Origin: Waterburya sp.
GTDB lineage: Bacteria > Cyanobacteriota > Cyanobacteriia > Cyanobacteriales > Xenococcaceae
Reading direction: 5' to 3'
NCBI GenBank assembly: GCA_965217895.1
Contig: CBDCJV010000002.1
Coordinates: forward strand, 3,520,001-3,584,000
Length of the DNA stretch: 64,000 nt
Shown here: positions 47,395 to 59,444 of the stretch, one piece after another
Layout of the letters: every line of letters begins with the position of its first letter
Numbering within the stretch: the first letter of the stretch is position 1
Notes under the pieces: generated by a model
The model's database searches: none
What the model was told of the DNA's origin: nothing
Seen by the model: only the letters and a program-made list of their open reading frames with translations
Made by a program: the position numbers and the translations under genes

Positions 47395-47616
47395 TTAGTT
47401 AGATTGAAATAAAGTTTCTAAATAAACTCTGGCACAGGCGCGATAGTTTTGAGATGATTCAGTGGTTTGTCCATTGTTGTTTTGTAACAAGAACAAAGAT
47501 AAAGCAGCAGCAAAAACGCGGTCTTGATCCCAATGAGGATGATTTTCAAGATAGTTCTTTAACGACAAATGAAGTTCTTCAGGGATTTCAGCCAAAATAG
47601 TTACATTCGAGTTCAT
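47395..47616 (-). CDS. DUF2811-family protein
   Basis: AEIPEELH..L..YLE.HP.WDQDRVF.AALSLFL. Confidence 0.82.
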   Translation of the reverse strand: MNSNVTILAEIPEELHLSLKNYLENHPHWDQDRVFAAALSLFLLQNNNGQTTESSQNYRACARVYLETLFQSN

Positions 47617-47933
47617 AGTTGGTAAACTGCTCCAGTTAATATGATTTTTAATGGGATATGAGGACTGTTTTCAAATCTAGAAAACAGATGCGCGATCGCG
47701 CTTAAGAAAAGCTTTTAATTTAGAAACAAAGCTAAAAAATAGCCTTGTGTATTATGTAGCTCTACATAAGTAGCTGTTGCTCTTTTGTTTTAGTGAAGAT
47801 TTGTGGTTCTTCAAGTGGATGTTGATACATTGTCGTCTTAAAAGGGGGCTATTTGTCAATGCTACAAAATGTTACGAGATTTGTTAAATCATTATTTTAC
47901 TTACGAAAGCATAAGTATTTAAGCCTGTTTTTT

Positions 47934-47951
47934 GTTACTTTACTTTACAAA
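47934..47951. promoter_or_regulatory. HLR1-like (RpaB) direct repeat
   Basis: GTTACTTT-AC-TTTACAAA; a second, weaker copy at 47861-47878. Confidence 0.45.
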
Positions 47952-48034
47952 ACTGCTTTAAGAAACAGTTAATATTCGGTAAATTTATAAAATCCCCTAT
48001 TTCAGACTCAAGACTTTATTGCTGCGTTATGACC

Positions 48035-48095
48035 TGTGGAAAAAGCTGGGTAAAATGTGGATAACTATGAAAAAGCTTGGGAAAACAGTGGGGAA
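48035..48095. promoter_or_regulatory. DnaA-box-like array
   Basis: TGTGGAAAA (48035), perfect TGTGGATAA (48056) and degenerate copies at ~10-11 bp period. Confidence 0.55.
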
Positions 48096-48214
48096 TTTAT
48101 GGGGTAAAGTAGTCCTTAAAAATAAGAAATAATAACTTTTCCTTGACTTTTTGAGAAAAGTAAAAAGGTACTAATCATTTCATTGAACATTGAACATTGA
48201 ACATTAAACAGCGA

Positions 48215-49726
48215 TTATGTTTTTTGTTCTTGCCACCATTTTGCAGCCAGGAAGCTTATTTCTTGGGCTTCGATGTCAGGCATTCGTTTAAGATGGCTTA
48301 AAACCAGGTTCATTCTGCCTAAAGAATGTAGACGATCGCGATGACGGATGAGAAAATCCCAGTAAAAGAAGTTAAAGGGACAGGCTCGATCTCCAGTGCG
48401 ATCGCTTTTATTATATTGACAACCGCTACAGTAATCGCTCATCTTGTTGATATAGTTAGCAGACGCTGCATAGGGTTTAGAAGCCAAAACACCGCCATCG
48501 GCGAATTGTCCCATACCAATGACATTAGTTTGCATTACCCAGTCGTAAGCGTCAATAAAAGCACTATGAAACCAGTTTTCAATCTCCTGGGGAGAAATTC
48601 CTGAAATGAGGGCAAAGTTGCTCAACACCATCAATCTTTGAATATGGTGTCCGTAAGCTGTTGATTCTATCTGAGTTAGAGTCTGACGCAAACAGTTCAT
48701 CTCGGTTTTGCTGGCATCCCAAAAGAAATCTGGCAAAGGGTGATGATGTTCAAACCAATTACTTTGGCTGTAGCCTTCAGGTTGGTGGTAATAAATACCG
48801 TGCATATATTCTCGCCACCCCATTACCTGACGAATAAAACCTTCTACACAATTTAAGGGTAATTCCTGTTGATAATAAGCAGTTTCTACCGCATCAATTA
48901 CCTCCATTGGCTCAAGCAAACCCAGGTTTAAATAGGGAGATATCAAGCCATGCCACATAGTATATTCCCCTGTAATCATGGCATCTTGATATGTACCAAA
49001 GTTGGGCAAACATTCCTGCACAAAATAAGCCAAAACCGATTTAGCCTGTTGTCTAGTTACACCCCAATTAAAAGGTTCAATTTTGCCATAGTCGGAAAAC
49101 TTTTTTTGTTTTACCCAATCAATTACTTCTTGGGTAATAGCATCGGCTTTAAAAGTTAAAGGTTCAGGTGTTTGCAGATTTTCCTTGGGTGGCTGACGGT
49201 TATCTTTGTCATAATTCCACTTACCACCAACGGGCTTTTTACCGTCCATCAAGATATTAAATCTTTTTCTGCCTTCTCGATAAAAATCCTCCATTAATAG
49301 TCTTTTACGAGATTTCGACCAAGTGATAAACTCATCTTTACTCCACAAAAAATGATTATCGGGTAAAAACGTTATTTCACAATTCAAATTCAAGTCTTGA
49401 ATCAGCTTTAAAAAAGGGCGATCGCAAGGACTAGTTATTTGTAATTCAGTAATCTGGTTTTGTTTTATCCATGCTTGCAAAGGGGTGGCAAAATCAGCAC
49501 TAATTTCATAACTTATCTGCCAGTTATCTGCCTTTAATTCTGCGGCAAAATGACGCATTGCCGACCAAACTAAAACCAACTTTTGCAGATGATATGGTCT
49601 TTGTCTAACATAGTTACTAGACTCAATCAAAATCACAGGCGTTTGCTGTTTACGAGCTTGATTGTTTTGTAAAGTTAACTGATTTGTTGTCAGGCGATCG
49701 CCTAATATCCAAATGCCGATTGTCAT
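48215..49726 (-). CDS. Fe-S bacterial cryptochrome/(6-4) photolyase (PhrB/CryB-like)
   Basis: GGKWNYDKDNR, HHIQRLM, ASKPYAAS.NYINKMSDYC..C, ACPF. Confidence 0.9.
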   Translation of the reverse strand: MTIGIWILGDRLTTNQLTLQNNQARKQQTPVILIESSNYVRQRPYHLQKLVLVWSAMRHFAAELKADNWQISYEISADFATPLQAWIKQNQITELQITSPCDRPFLKLIQDLNLNCEITFLPDNHFLWSKDEFITWSKSRKRLLMEDFYREGRKRFNILMDGKKPVGGKWNYDKDNRQPPKENLQTPEPLTFKADAITQEVIDWVKQKKFSDYGKIEPFNWGVTRQQAKSVLAYFVQECLPNFGTYQDAMITGEYTMWHGLISPYLNLGLLEPMEVIDAVETAYYQQELPLNCVEGFIRQVMGWREYMHGIYYHQPEGYSQSNWFEHHHPLPDFFWDASKTEMNCLRQTLTQIESTAYGHHIQRLMVLSNFALISGISPQEIENWFHSAFIDAYDWVMQTNVIGMGQFADGGVLASKPYAASANYINKMSDYCSGCQYNKSDRTGDRACPFNFFYWDFLIRHRDRLHSLGRMNLVLSHLKRMPDIEAQEISFLAAKWWQEQKT

Positions 49727-49967
49727 ATTCAAAGGGATTAAGAGATAAGAAAAGAAATTTATCTGTGACTTTGGGGACGAATCAGGATTTTACTCGTGCG
49801 ATCGCACCACTCAAGCAACATAAACAACGAAAAATTAAAATAAAAGTGTAACAATATTTACCTAAACATTACAGATTATTACTTTGTTTTTAATAAAGGA
49901 GACTCTAATAGGGTCAATATTTTATCTTCAATATTGGTAGATGAATTTAAAACATCTATCAAATTAG

Positions 49968-50561
<594 letters not shown>

Positions 50562-50653
50562 GCATCTTTTGGCTTAGTCTCAATGCTCATGAACTTTTTG
50601 AAGCATTGAAAATATACCATACTTCGATTACAAGCAATTCAGGAGATATTTAA

Positions 50654-51151
<498 letters not shown>

Positions 51152-51354
51152 GAGTTTGATTAGTAGTTTAATCTTGAAAAAAACAGATAGCATTTCTGTT
51201 TGATTGATAGTGGCTTTAGGTCTGTTGCTTTGACTTGAATTAGTTTGAGTGTCAGTCTTAAAGCTACTGTTGTTTATAGAAGTTCTGGGGTCAAAAGCTT
51301 TTATTTTCATTTGACCTGCAAAAACATTAACAAGCAGCTACAAAATTTAATTTG

Positions 51355-51960
51355 ATGACTATAGACGCTTTATTTGAAAAGCTCAAACATCCTAATCCCA
51401 ATTTGCGTAGTAAAGCGATGTGGGAAATTGCGGACGCGAGAGACGAAAATACTATCCCTCGTTTAATGAGTATTCTCAATCAAGAAGATGTAAGCTATAG
51501 AAGAGCAGCAGTTAAAACTTTGGGAGTAATTGGTGCAGATGTCGTTCCTTCGGTAGTAGATTCTTTGCTAAACAGTGATAATCCCACAGTACGCTCTAGC
51601 TGTGCTAAAGCTTTGGCTCAAATTGTGGTCAATTATCCAGATATACCTATGCCCGATGAGGGTATCCAGGGATTGAAACAAGCACTTGATGATCCTAACC
51701 CTGTAGTAAATATTCCTGCGGTGATGACTCTTGGTGAAATAGGCTCTCCTGTTTTTGATTTATTAGTAGAAACTCTTCACACTACTGATAATCTCGCTGT
51801 GGGAGTAGCAATACTTAATGCTCTTGGTTCAATGGGCGATCCTAGAGGAATAGAAGTATTGACGCAGCTTAGTAATGATAAATCAGCCGATGTCTATCTT
51901 CAAGAATCGGCAACTAGTGCATTATCTCGTTTAGAAATGGTGATGAAGTACAACAATTAA
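51355..51960 (+). CDS. cpeZ: HEAT-repeat phycoerythrin lyase-associated protein
   Basis: LKHPNPNLR, YRRAAVK, VRSSCAKALAQ; downstream of cpeA. Confidence 0.78.
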   Translation: MTIDALFEKLKHPNPNLRSKAMWEIADARDENTIPRLMSILNQEDVSYRRAAVKTLGVIGADVVPSVVDSLLNSDNPTVRSSCAKALAQIVVNYPDIPMPDEGIQGLKQALDDPNPVVNIPAVMTLGEIGSPVFDLLVETLHTTDNLAVGVAILNALGSMGDPRGIEVLTQLSNDKSADVYLQESATSALSRLEMVMKYNN

Positions 51961-52124
51961 AATAGCAATTTTCACAAGCGAATGAGCATTATTTTGCTGG
52001 GGTAATCTATAATTTTTAATTATTTAATTTAACTTAGTAAAATTAATTGTTTAAAGCATTAAGTATTCAATTTTATTAAGGCATTTGAGACAATTAACAG
52101 AATAATTTTGGGAAAACTGAGAGT

Positions 52125-52781
52125 ATGTTGAAACAATTACTTTCGGTATTTCTAGAATCTCGTTGTGAATTTTGTCAGCGTGCTGCTTCAAAAACTCTTT
52201 GTGCATATTGTCAAAAAAAGCTAGCTAGTTGTCGGTTAAAAGAAGAAGATCGCCTGACATCAGCTTACAATTTGCCCATTTTTGCTTGGGGTAAATATGA
52301 TGGACAATTAAAAAGAGCGATCGCTCTGATGAAATACGATAATAAACCAGAAATGGGCAGAGTATTAGGGCAATTATTAGGACAAGCATGGTTGGATAGG
52401 GGTTTGGTTAAACCTCAGCAAAAAATGACCGTCATTCCTATTCCCTTGCATAGTAAAAAGCTTAAAGATAGAGGGTTTAATCAGGCGGAAATAATTGCTA
52501 TAAGTTTTTGTCAATTAACAGGATATGGTTTAGATACAAAGAGTTTGGTTCGGGTACGGAATACGCAAGCAATGTTTAACTTAAGCCCAGAAGACAGAGT
52601 TAAAAACCTCCACAATGCTTTTCGACTAGTAGGCAAATTACCCAAACATCCTGTTTTATTGCTGGATGATATTTATACAATGGGAACTACGATTAAAGAA
52701 TCAGCTAATGTTTTACAACAACATAATATTAAAGTGATGGGTGCAGTGGTATTAGCAAAAACAATGATTGATAATCAATAA
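52125..52781 (+). CDS. comF: ComF-family protein
   Basis: CxxC pairs, RGFNQA, LLDDIYTMGTT. Confidence 0.9.
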   Translation: MLKQLLSVFLESRCEFCQRAASKTLCAYCQKKLASCRLKEEDRLTSAYNLPIFAWGKYDGQLKRAIALMKYDNKPEMGRVLGQLLGQAWLDRGLVKPQQKMTVIPIPLHSKKLKDRGFNQAEIIAISFCQLTGYGLDTKSLVRVRNTQAMFNLSPEDRVKNLHNAFRLVGKLPKHPVLLLDDIYTMGTTIKESANVLQQHNIKVMGAVVLAKTMIDNQ

Positions 52782-53128
52782 CTAATAAAATATTCGTGCT
52801 AGTTTAAGACATAGAAAAGAAGTATGAAATATTAGACTAACCACTTATTTAAAGAAAGTAATTTAAAGACTTTGTAAGGGTTTGTAGTTCTGTGAGAGAA
52901 ATCACATTGCCTTTCTATTTTCTGATATAAGTAAATAGTGGATTTATTTACGTTTAAGTCTATCAGCGATCGCCCTATAAGCAATTTTCTCAAGGCGATC
53001 TTCATTCTAGGAAAAATTTAAAAATATTGATGCTGTTGAAAAATAAACTGTGGTGAAAATTTTTAACTTTGTTATCTATGGTTGAATAAATAGTGTTGTT
53101 CTCAAACAATGTTTAAATACTTTTCCTT

Positions 53129-54430
53129 ATGGCTATTTCTAATCCTAGTTTAAATTTGCATGGTGAACCCCATAAACGATCGCTTTCGGTCGATCATCAG
53201 AGTTTGAGTCAAATATTGAGTGAGCAAGAAAATATTCTAATTATTCAAGATCTTGACGGTGTATGTATGGGTTTGGTTAAAGATCCTCTGACGCGAAGAA
53301 TGGAGATTAAATATTTGCAAGCTGCTAAGTCTTTAGGCGATCGCTTTTTTGTATTAACCAACGGTGAACATATCGGCAAACGAGGCGTTAACGGCATCAT
53401 TGAAAAAGCCTTTAACAATTTAAACCAAATCAAAGAACAAGGCTTATATCTACAAGGTTTAGCTGGAGGCGGGGTACAGTGGCAAGACTGTTTTGGTAAT
53501 GTCTCTCATCCTGGAGTCAGCGATGAGGAAATGGCTTTTTTGGAGACAGTACCGCAGAAAATGGCAGATTCTTTGAGAGCAGTAGTTACACAGCCTCAAT
53601 ATGGCTTGAATCAGATGCAGATTGAGGAATGTATCCAAGCAGCAATATTAGATAATAAAGTTTCCCCTTCAGCCAACTTAAATATCTTTCACGAAACCTT
53701 TAGTCAGTCTCCTGAGCTATACGCTGAGTTGCAGCAAGAGACAAAATCTTTGATGGATAGGCTACTTCAAGAAGCACAACAAGGTTTAGCAGATTCCTTT
53801 TTCGTACATTATGCTCCCAATTTGGGTAGAGATGGTTCAGGCAAAGAAATTATGCAGCCATCTCAAGGTCAAGATTCGGGAACAACAGACTTTCAGTTTA
53901 TGCTCAGAGGAGCAATTAAAGAAGTGGGAGTTTTGGTAATTCTCAATTATTACTACTTCTTGCAAACAGGTAGCTATCCTCTGGGTAAAGATTTTAATGC
54001 TCGACAAGCTCCGAGACAACATCAAGCACTACTAAAGCTGGTTAAAGATAATTTCGATCCTGCTATCATGCCTACCATAGTGGGAGTGGGGGACACGGTA
54101 ACAAGCAAGGCAGTAGAAAATGAAAATAAGCTAGAATTTAAACGAGGTGGGAGCGATCGCGGATTTCTCGAATTGATTCAAGAATTGGGTAAAGAATTTA
54201 ACACCAACAACGTTGTAATTTATGTAGACAGCAGCGCAGGAGAGGTTAAAAATCGTCAGGCTCTTAAGTTAGATCGCTCTAATACTCAAGAAATTAAAGT
54301 CATTCAAGGTCCTGGAGATCCTAGAGATGCAGAAGATCCTTTAACTTTGAATATCGTCTTTCCTGGAGGGTATCAAGAATATGTTGATTTTTTCTGTCAG
54401 ACAGCTAAACAAAGAAAATTGGCTCAATAG
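53129..54430 (+). CDS. stpA: Glucosylglycerol 3-phosphatase
   Basis: IIQDLDGVCM.LVKDPLTR, GVGDTVTS, RGGSDRGFL. Confidence 0.92.
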   Translation: MAISNPSLNLHGEPHKRSLSVDHQSLSQILSEQENILIIQDLDGVCMGLVKDPLTRRMEIKYLQAAKSLGDRFFVLTNGEHIGKRGVNGIIEKAFNNLNQIKEQGLYLQGLAGGGVQWQDCFGNVSHPGVSDEEMAFLETVPQKMADSLRAVVTQPQYGLNQMQIEECIQAAILDNKVSPSANLNIFHETFSQSPELYAELQQETKSLMDRLLQEAQQGLADSFFVHYAPNLGRDGSGKEIMQPSQGQDSGTTDFQFMLRGAIKEVGVLVILNYYYFLQTGSYPLGKDFNARQAPRQHQALLKLVKDNFDPAIMPTIVGVGDTVTSKAVENENKLEFKRGGSDRGFLELIQELGKEFNTNNVVIYVDSSAGEVKNRQALKLDRSNTQEIKVIQGPGDPRDAEDPLTLNIVFPGGYQEYVDFFCQTAKQRKLAQ

Positions 54431-54837
54431 TCAGAGGTCAGAGGTTCATTGTTAAGCTTGAGTGAATATATGGAGAAATGTTCTATTGAAGCATCTTTGA
54501 TGAAGACTACCAGACATTTATTATTGACGCTACTTTCTGCCTCAAGATCTATTTGATATTTTTTTTTAATTTTCAAATTGAGCATCTTAAACCAAAAATT
54601 TTGTTTTGGTATATAAGCAACTGGATGATGTACCGTTAGCTCCTGTTCTTTTTCTGGCTGATAATTACCTATGTCTATATCATCGTAAATATCGGTTTTT
54701 AATAATAATAAATTGACTACTATGACTCCATCACCCCAAAACTTGTGGTTTTTGAGAGCATACTCTTTTAAGAAAAACTTATTGTTAATTACAAAACTTT
54801 TATTTTTTCGTTTATTTACAGACGAGCTATGAACCAT
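54424..54837 (-). CDS. Hypothetical protein
   Basis: ORF only. Confidence 0.35.
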   Translation of the reverse strand: MVHSSSVNKRKNKSFVINNKFFLKEYALKNHKFWGDGVIVVNLLLLKTDIYDDIDIGNYQPEKEQELTVHHPVAYIPKQNFWFKMLNLKIKKKYQIDLEAESSVNNKCLVVFIKDASIEHFSIYSLKLNNEPLTSDY

Positions 54838-55138
54838 GGGACATTTCCGCTGAAAATGGGTCTAAAGATATTTATTAACCTAATAATTTATTGCCCTATA
54901 ACGTTGCCTAATCTCATCTGATTAAAATCCGCCCATAAGGAATGAATACAGCTTTCAATAACCTTAAATAGTTATTAGTAAGGCGCAGAAACATGATCTT
55001 GCTATCAAGATTAACAAAAAAACTAGCTGATGCCTAGAGTAATAATCTTGAAAAACTATTGCGAGTCCTAAGTTAAATATGCAAAATTAATTAGAAAATA
55101 GTCTCAGCAATCAAACCCTAACTATTATCTACGTCTAT

Positions 55139-55705
55139 CTACTTAAAAAAATCGGTAATAACTTTTTCAATTGACCTTTCTACTCCTTTTTGAACACCGT
55201 TTACCATTATTCTTTCTATTCCAGAAGATCTTTTGGCTGATTCTCGATCGGATGAAGTAGAATTTTCTGTCTGGGTTATTTTCTCGCCAACAAACGAAAA
55301 GCTGATATCGCTTTCTCGATGATCCTGACTAGTAATATTGTTTTTATAGCTTCCTGTATAGAACTTTTGTCCTTTAAGCAATTCTATAGTTACTTCTCCT
55401 CCTTCTTGGGCGACAATCATCCCTGAATGAACAGCAGTAGTGCAGATGTCTGAATTAACGGTATAAATATTTGTTCCCCAGATAGGAGAATAAATCTGGT
55501 CTTCTGATGCAGCCTGACAATAAAAGGTGTATCTTGTGCCAATATCATCAGGCTTATCTAATCCCATACTGCTCAATCTACTACTCCAGCCAATTTCAGG
55601 AACTTCAGTATTTTGAGCATTGACTGGTTTTAAAGAAGTTATATTCATGGCGATTGTTATACCAGCAACAATAAATTTTAAGCTGTTAATTTTAAAGGTT
55701 TTCAT
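55139..55705 (-). CDS. Exported LCCL-domain protein
   Basis: IWGTNIYTVNSDICTTAVHSG...Y.GS..N.I.S. Confidence 0.85.
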   Translation of the reverse strand: MKTFKINSLKFIVAGITIAMNITSLKPVNAQNTEVPEIGWSSRLSSMGLDKPDDIGTRYTFYCQAASEDQIYSPIWGTNIYTVNSDICTTAVHSGMIVAQEGGEVTIELLKGQKFYTGSYKNNITSQDHRESDISFSFVGEKITQTENSTSSDRESAKRSSGIERIMVNGVQKGVERSIEKVITDFFK

Positions 55706-55881
55706 AGAGCAGTTTTCCTGAAGTTATATTCAGTTTGTTTGATTAAAAAACGTATCTTATTAGCATTAATCTAAAAGAGATTAATCTGAAACTTAGGTGA
55801 ATTTAATAGCCTTTTATAATTAAAAACATCGAAACTTTATACTATTATTAACATCAATAAAGTTTTCTTTGTCAGTGATAC

Positions 55882-57369
55882 TCAGCACTTGCCAGCACGG
55901 TCTAAAATCACAGTTATTCGATCGATTGCTTGTCTTATTTTTTGGCTCGATAGCTCAGAATTATTGAGCAAAATACTAAAAACTATAGTTTGCCCTTCAG
56001 ATGTAGTTAAATATCCTGACAATGTGCCAACTCCTGTTAAGGTGCCAGTTTTGCCAATTAAATTATTTTTGATAGCAGTATCTATAAAGCGGTTTTTTAA
56101 AGTGCCGTTGACTCCAGCAATTGCTAAAGAACGACGAAAAGCTTTGTCATTAGCAGAGCGAGACATTAATCTTAATACTGTGACTAATGCTTTAGGAGTA
56201 ACCAAATTTTGACGAGACAAACCAGAGGCATCAACCAAAACATAATCCTCTGAGTTTATACCTAAGTTATTCAAGCTTTTATTGATAGCTTCAATCGGAG
56301 TTTTTACCTTTAATTCTTTAGCTAGAACACGAGCTAAAACTTCAGCAAATAAATTATTACTTTCTTGATTAGTTTTGGCTATAATTTGCTGCATCGGTAG
56401 AGAAGTAATTGCCATTAATTCAGTTTCTAGTTTATTTGAAGCGGGTTTTTTGATTACTATTCCTTGGGTAACTTTGATGTCAGATTGAGCTAAATACAGA
56501 CGGAGTGATTCTAAAAAATAATTACCAGGATCGACTATGGCTAAATTCCAAACGTCCGCAGGTTCATTAACGGCTAGCTTTCCCCTAATTTGTAAAGTAG
56601 GCTTTCCTAGATCTCCATCAATTTCAATCTCATAAGGAAGATTCACAGCCCCAGTTGTCGCCTCATTAATTACCTGCCATTGTCTAGCGGCGATCGCATC
56701 ACTCCAATAAAATTCAACTGGCTGTCCTACCTGCTGTGGTAATACAGTTAGAGTGACCGTATTTTGATTGAGAATCGTACTATTTACCGCCGTGGCAAAG
56801 TAACTATGGACATCTAACCATTCCCAAGTAGGGTTAATTGCCGGTGGCTCAAAGTAGCTATCATCGATTATTAACTTTTCGATCCGTTTGATTTTTAAGA
56901 TCTGCAACTGATGTACTATATCTTTTAGGCTTTGGCTCGATATAGTGGGATCTCCTTGTCCTTTTAGGCGCAGAGAAGTTAAATTTGGTGGATTACCCAC
57001 ACCATAAATAGGCGTACGAAAGCGATAGTCTGCACCTAATGCCGAAAGCACAGCAGCAGTCGTTAAAAGTTTGGCACTAGAGGCGGGGGTAAAGAATTTA
57101 TCTCCATTCAGGCTGTATAAAGACTCCCCATCAAGGGTTTGGACTTCAATTCCCCAACGCGATCGCCTGAACTCCGAGCGGTTAATAACATTCTCAATAG
57201 CGTTAGATAAATCTTGGTGACAAAGCCTGGAAGCATCGTCAGCTGTATTATTCTCGACACTTGACTTAAAATCTTTATCCTGTGCCAGAGTTTCTTGATT
57301 AATTGTTGATGTACCAAACAGCAGAAAAAGTAAACTAAAAAACTTCAACCACTCAAAAACTAATTTCAT
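55882..57369 (-). CDS. dacB: D-Ala-D-Ala carboxypeptidase/endopeptidase (PBP4)
   Basis: PASSAK, SNN, GKTGTL. Confidence 0.92.
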   Translation of the reverse strand: MKLVFEWLKFFSLLFLLFGTSTINQETLAQDKDFKSSVENNTADDASRLCHQDLSNAIENVINRSEFRRSRWGIEVQTLDGESLYSLNGDKFFTPASSAKLLTTAAVLSALGADYRFRTPIYGVGNPPNLTSLRLKGQGDPTISSQSLKDIVHQLQILKIKRIEKLIIDDSYFEPPAINPTWEWLDVHSYFATAVNSTILNQNTVTLTVLPQQVGQPVEFYWSDAIAARQWQVINEATTGAVNLPYEIEIDGDLGKPTLQIRGKLAVNEPADVWNLAIVDPGNYFLESLRLYLAQSDIKVTQGIVIKKPASNKLETELMAITSLPMQQIIAKTNQESNNLFAEVLARVLAKELKVKTPIEAINKSLNNLGINSEDYVLVDASGLSRQNLVTPKALVTVLRLMSRSANDKAFRRSLAIAGVNGTLKNRFIDTAIKNNLIGKTGTLTGVGTLSGYLTTSEGQTIVFSILLNNSELSSQKIRQAIDRITVILDRAGKC

Positions 57370-57854
57370 TGGTGGCAATATAATTGAGTAACTTAAAATT
57401 CCATGATCTCTTAATCAGAAATAGTAAAAGATTCAAATTTAAAACAAAATGTTAGCCAATCTAATTTTTTCTTCAACTGCCGACGAGCAATACGCTACTA
57501 GTACCACTCCGCTTAAGTAGCGAGTAACAAGTTAGATTTCGCTACTAGTTTAAAGCTAAATAAATGACTACTTTATTTAAGCCCACATCTATTAATTAAA
57601 GAGAGATCGATGCAAGTTAGAGTGAAAAAATAAGCGATCGCGGTAAAACAAATTCTATCTTAGCTGGCTTAGACTGTCTCCCTCGATAATTCTCAACCGC
57701 TACCATTTATCAAGAAAAGGCTTTGATTACTGCACCTTTTTATCAGGGTAAAATAGGGCATCCACTATTATTTTTTGAGCAATTATTCCTCAAACTCAAA
57801 AAGATAAGTAAGTCGAGTTTGGGATTTTGCAAATTGCTATTTACTACTTCCTAC

Positions 57855-58760
57855 TTACTTTAGAGGATGATGTTTGAGCCAATGTTGAGCAAGATCCAAA
57901 CGACGGCAAATCCAAACTCGCTCATGGCTTTGAACGTAATCAATAAACCGAGCTAAAGCTGCAATACGTCCTGGTTTTCCTGCGAGCCTAGCATGAAGTC
58001 CAACTGACATCATTTTAGGTGCGGTTTCGCCTTCAGTGTATAAAACATCAAAAGCATCTTTGAGATAAGTATAGAAATCATTACCACTATTAAAACCAGG
58101 AGCAACGCAGTACTTCATGTCATTGTTATCTAAGGTGTAAGGAATTACTAAATGAGGTTTATTTTCTACTTCTACCCAGTAAGGCAAATCATCATTATAA
58201 GCATCAGAGTCATATAAAAACCCGCCTTCTTCAACTATTAAACGACGAGTATTTAAACTAGGTGCATAACGACAGTACCATCCTACAGGGCGATCGCCTG
58301 TAAGTTTTTTAAGAGAAGCTACCGCTTTTTTAATATGTTCTCTTTCTTCGGCTTCATCTAATAAATGATAGCCAATCCACCGCCAACCATGACAGCAAAT
58401 ATCATAGCCTGCCTCGACAATTGCCCTTGCTGCTGCGGGATTTCTCTCTAATGCCAAAGCCGCGCCAAAAATAGTTACCTGAATATCTTTAGCTTTAAAC
58501 AGGCGCATTAATCGCCAAAATCCTGCTCGACTGCCATATTCATAGACAGATTCTACCTGTAAGTCTCGCATTCCCTTGCCCATGGTCGAACCAGGAACTT
58601 CCCTAAGATATATTTCTGAAGTATCATCCCCGTCAGGAATTGAATATTCAGAACCTTCCTCGTAATTAAGAACTATTTGTAAAGCTATTTTGGCATCTCC
58701 TGGCCATTTCGGATGGGGTGGATTTGCACCATAACCAACTAAATCTCTGGGATAAGTCAT
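57855..58760 (-). CDS. puuE: Allantoinase PuuE
   Basis: YPRDLVGYG, LNYEEG, YEYGSRAGFWR, MSVGLH.R..G.PGR. Confidence 0.88.
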   Translation of the reverse strand: MTYPRDLVGYGANPPHPKWPGDAKIALQIVLNYEEGSEYSIPDGDDTSEIYLREVPGSTMGKGMRDLQVESVYEYGSRAGFWRLMRLFKAKDIQVTIFGAALALERNPAAARAIVEAGYDICCHGWRWIGYHLLDEAEEREHIKKAVASLKKLTGDRPVGWYCRYAPSLNTRRLIVEEGGFLYDSDAYNDDLPYWVEVENKPHLVIPYTLDNNDMKYCVAPGFNSGNDFYTYLKDAFDVLYTEGETAPKMMSVGLHARLAGKPGRIAALARFIDYVQSHERVWICRRLDLAQHWLKHHPLK

Positions 58761-59001
58761 TTATCATTTAACGTTTATCATTTAACATTCAAGCAAATCA
58801 TCGATCGCTATTTGATTTAGAGTACCTGTATACAGTATTCAGAAAAATAAAGCTTGGCAAACTTCTATGATCCTTACGCAAACAAGCTTTTGAGGCTTAA
58901 TAGTATTATGTTCGGATGTTAGCACCTAGCTTTTGAATTTATCTCAAGATAATATAAAAATATAAATAAACAGTATATTTTGTTACAGAAAGAAGAACAA
59001 T

Positions 59002-59202
59002 ATGTCTATCAACAGCAACATAACATCTAACAACCAAAACTGGAATACAGCCAAGCTAATCGGGCTTAGTGACAATTTGGGAATAGCCTACAACCCTGGA
59101 TTGAATAACTCTAAATCTGACAGAAAATCAGATGTCTGGACTACAGAAAAGTTTATCAACATGAGCAGACACTTGAGTTCTGCCTATAGCATAGATTTCT
59201 AA
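59002..59202 (+). CDS. Small protein with an internal duplicated motif
   Basis: WNTAKLIGLSDNLGIAY / WTTEKFINMSRHLSSAY. Confidence 0.55.
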   Translation: MSINSNITSNNQNWNTAKLIGLSDNLGIAYNPGLNNSKSDRKSDVWTTEKFINMSRHLSSAYSIDF

Positions 59203-59444
59203 TCTAAGTTTAGATCGACAAAACATTTTATTTTGCTCAAAGGAAAAATTTCTTCTGATTATGGAGGAACATTCATTATCAACAGTTAGGACAGTTTAAA
59301 ACCTCAATTTACCGTTAGCTACCTTAATCTCAAACAAGGGTCAAACACCTATTGTTTCGTTAACAATAAAATTTTGTCCGAACCATTGATTTAATAAAAA
59401 ATGATTTTGATCGCTAACAATACTCAATCCGATCTAGCTTAAAA

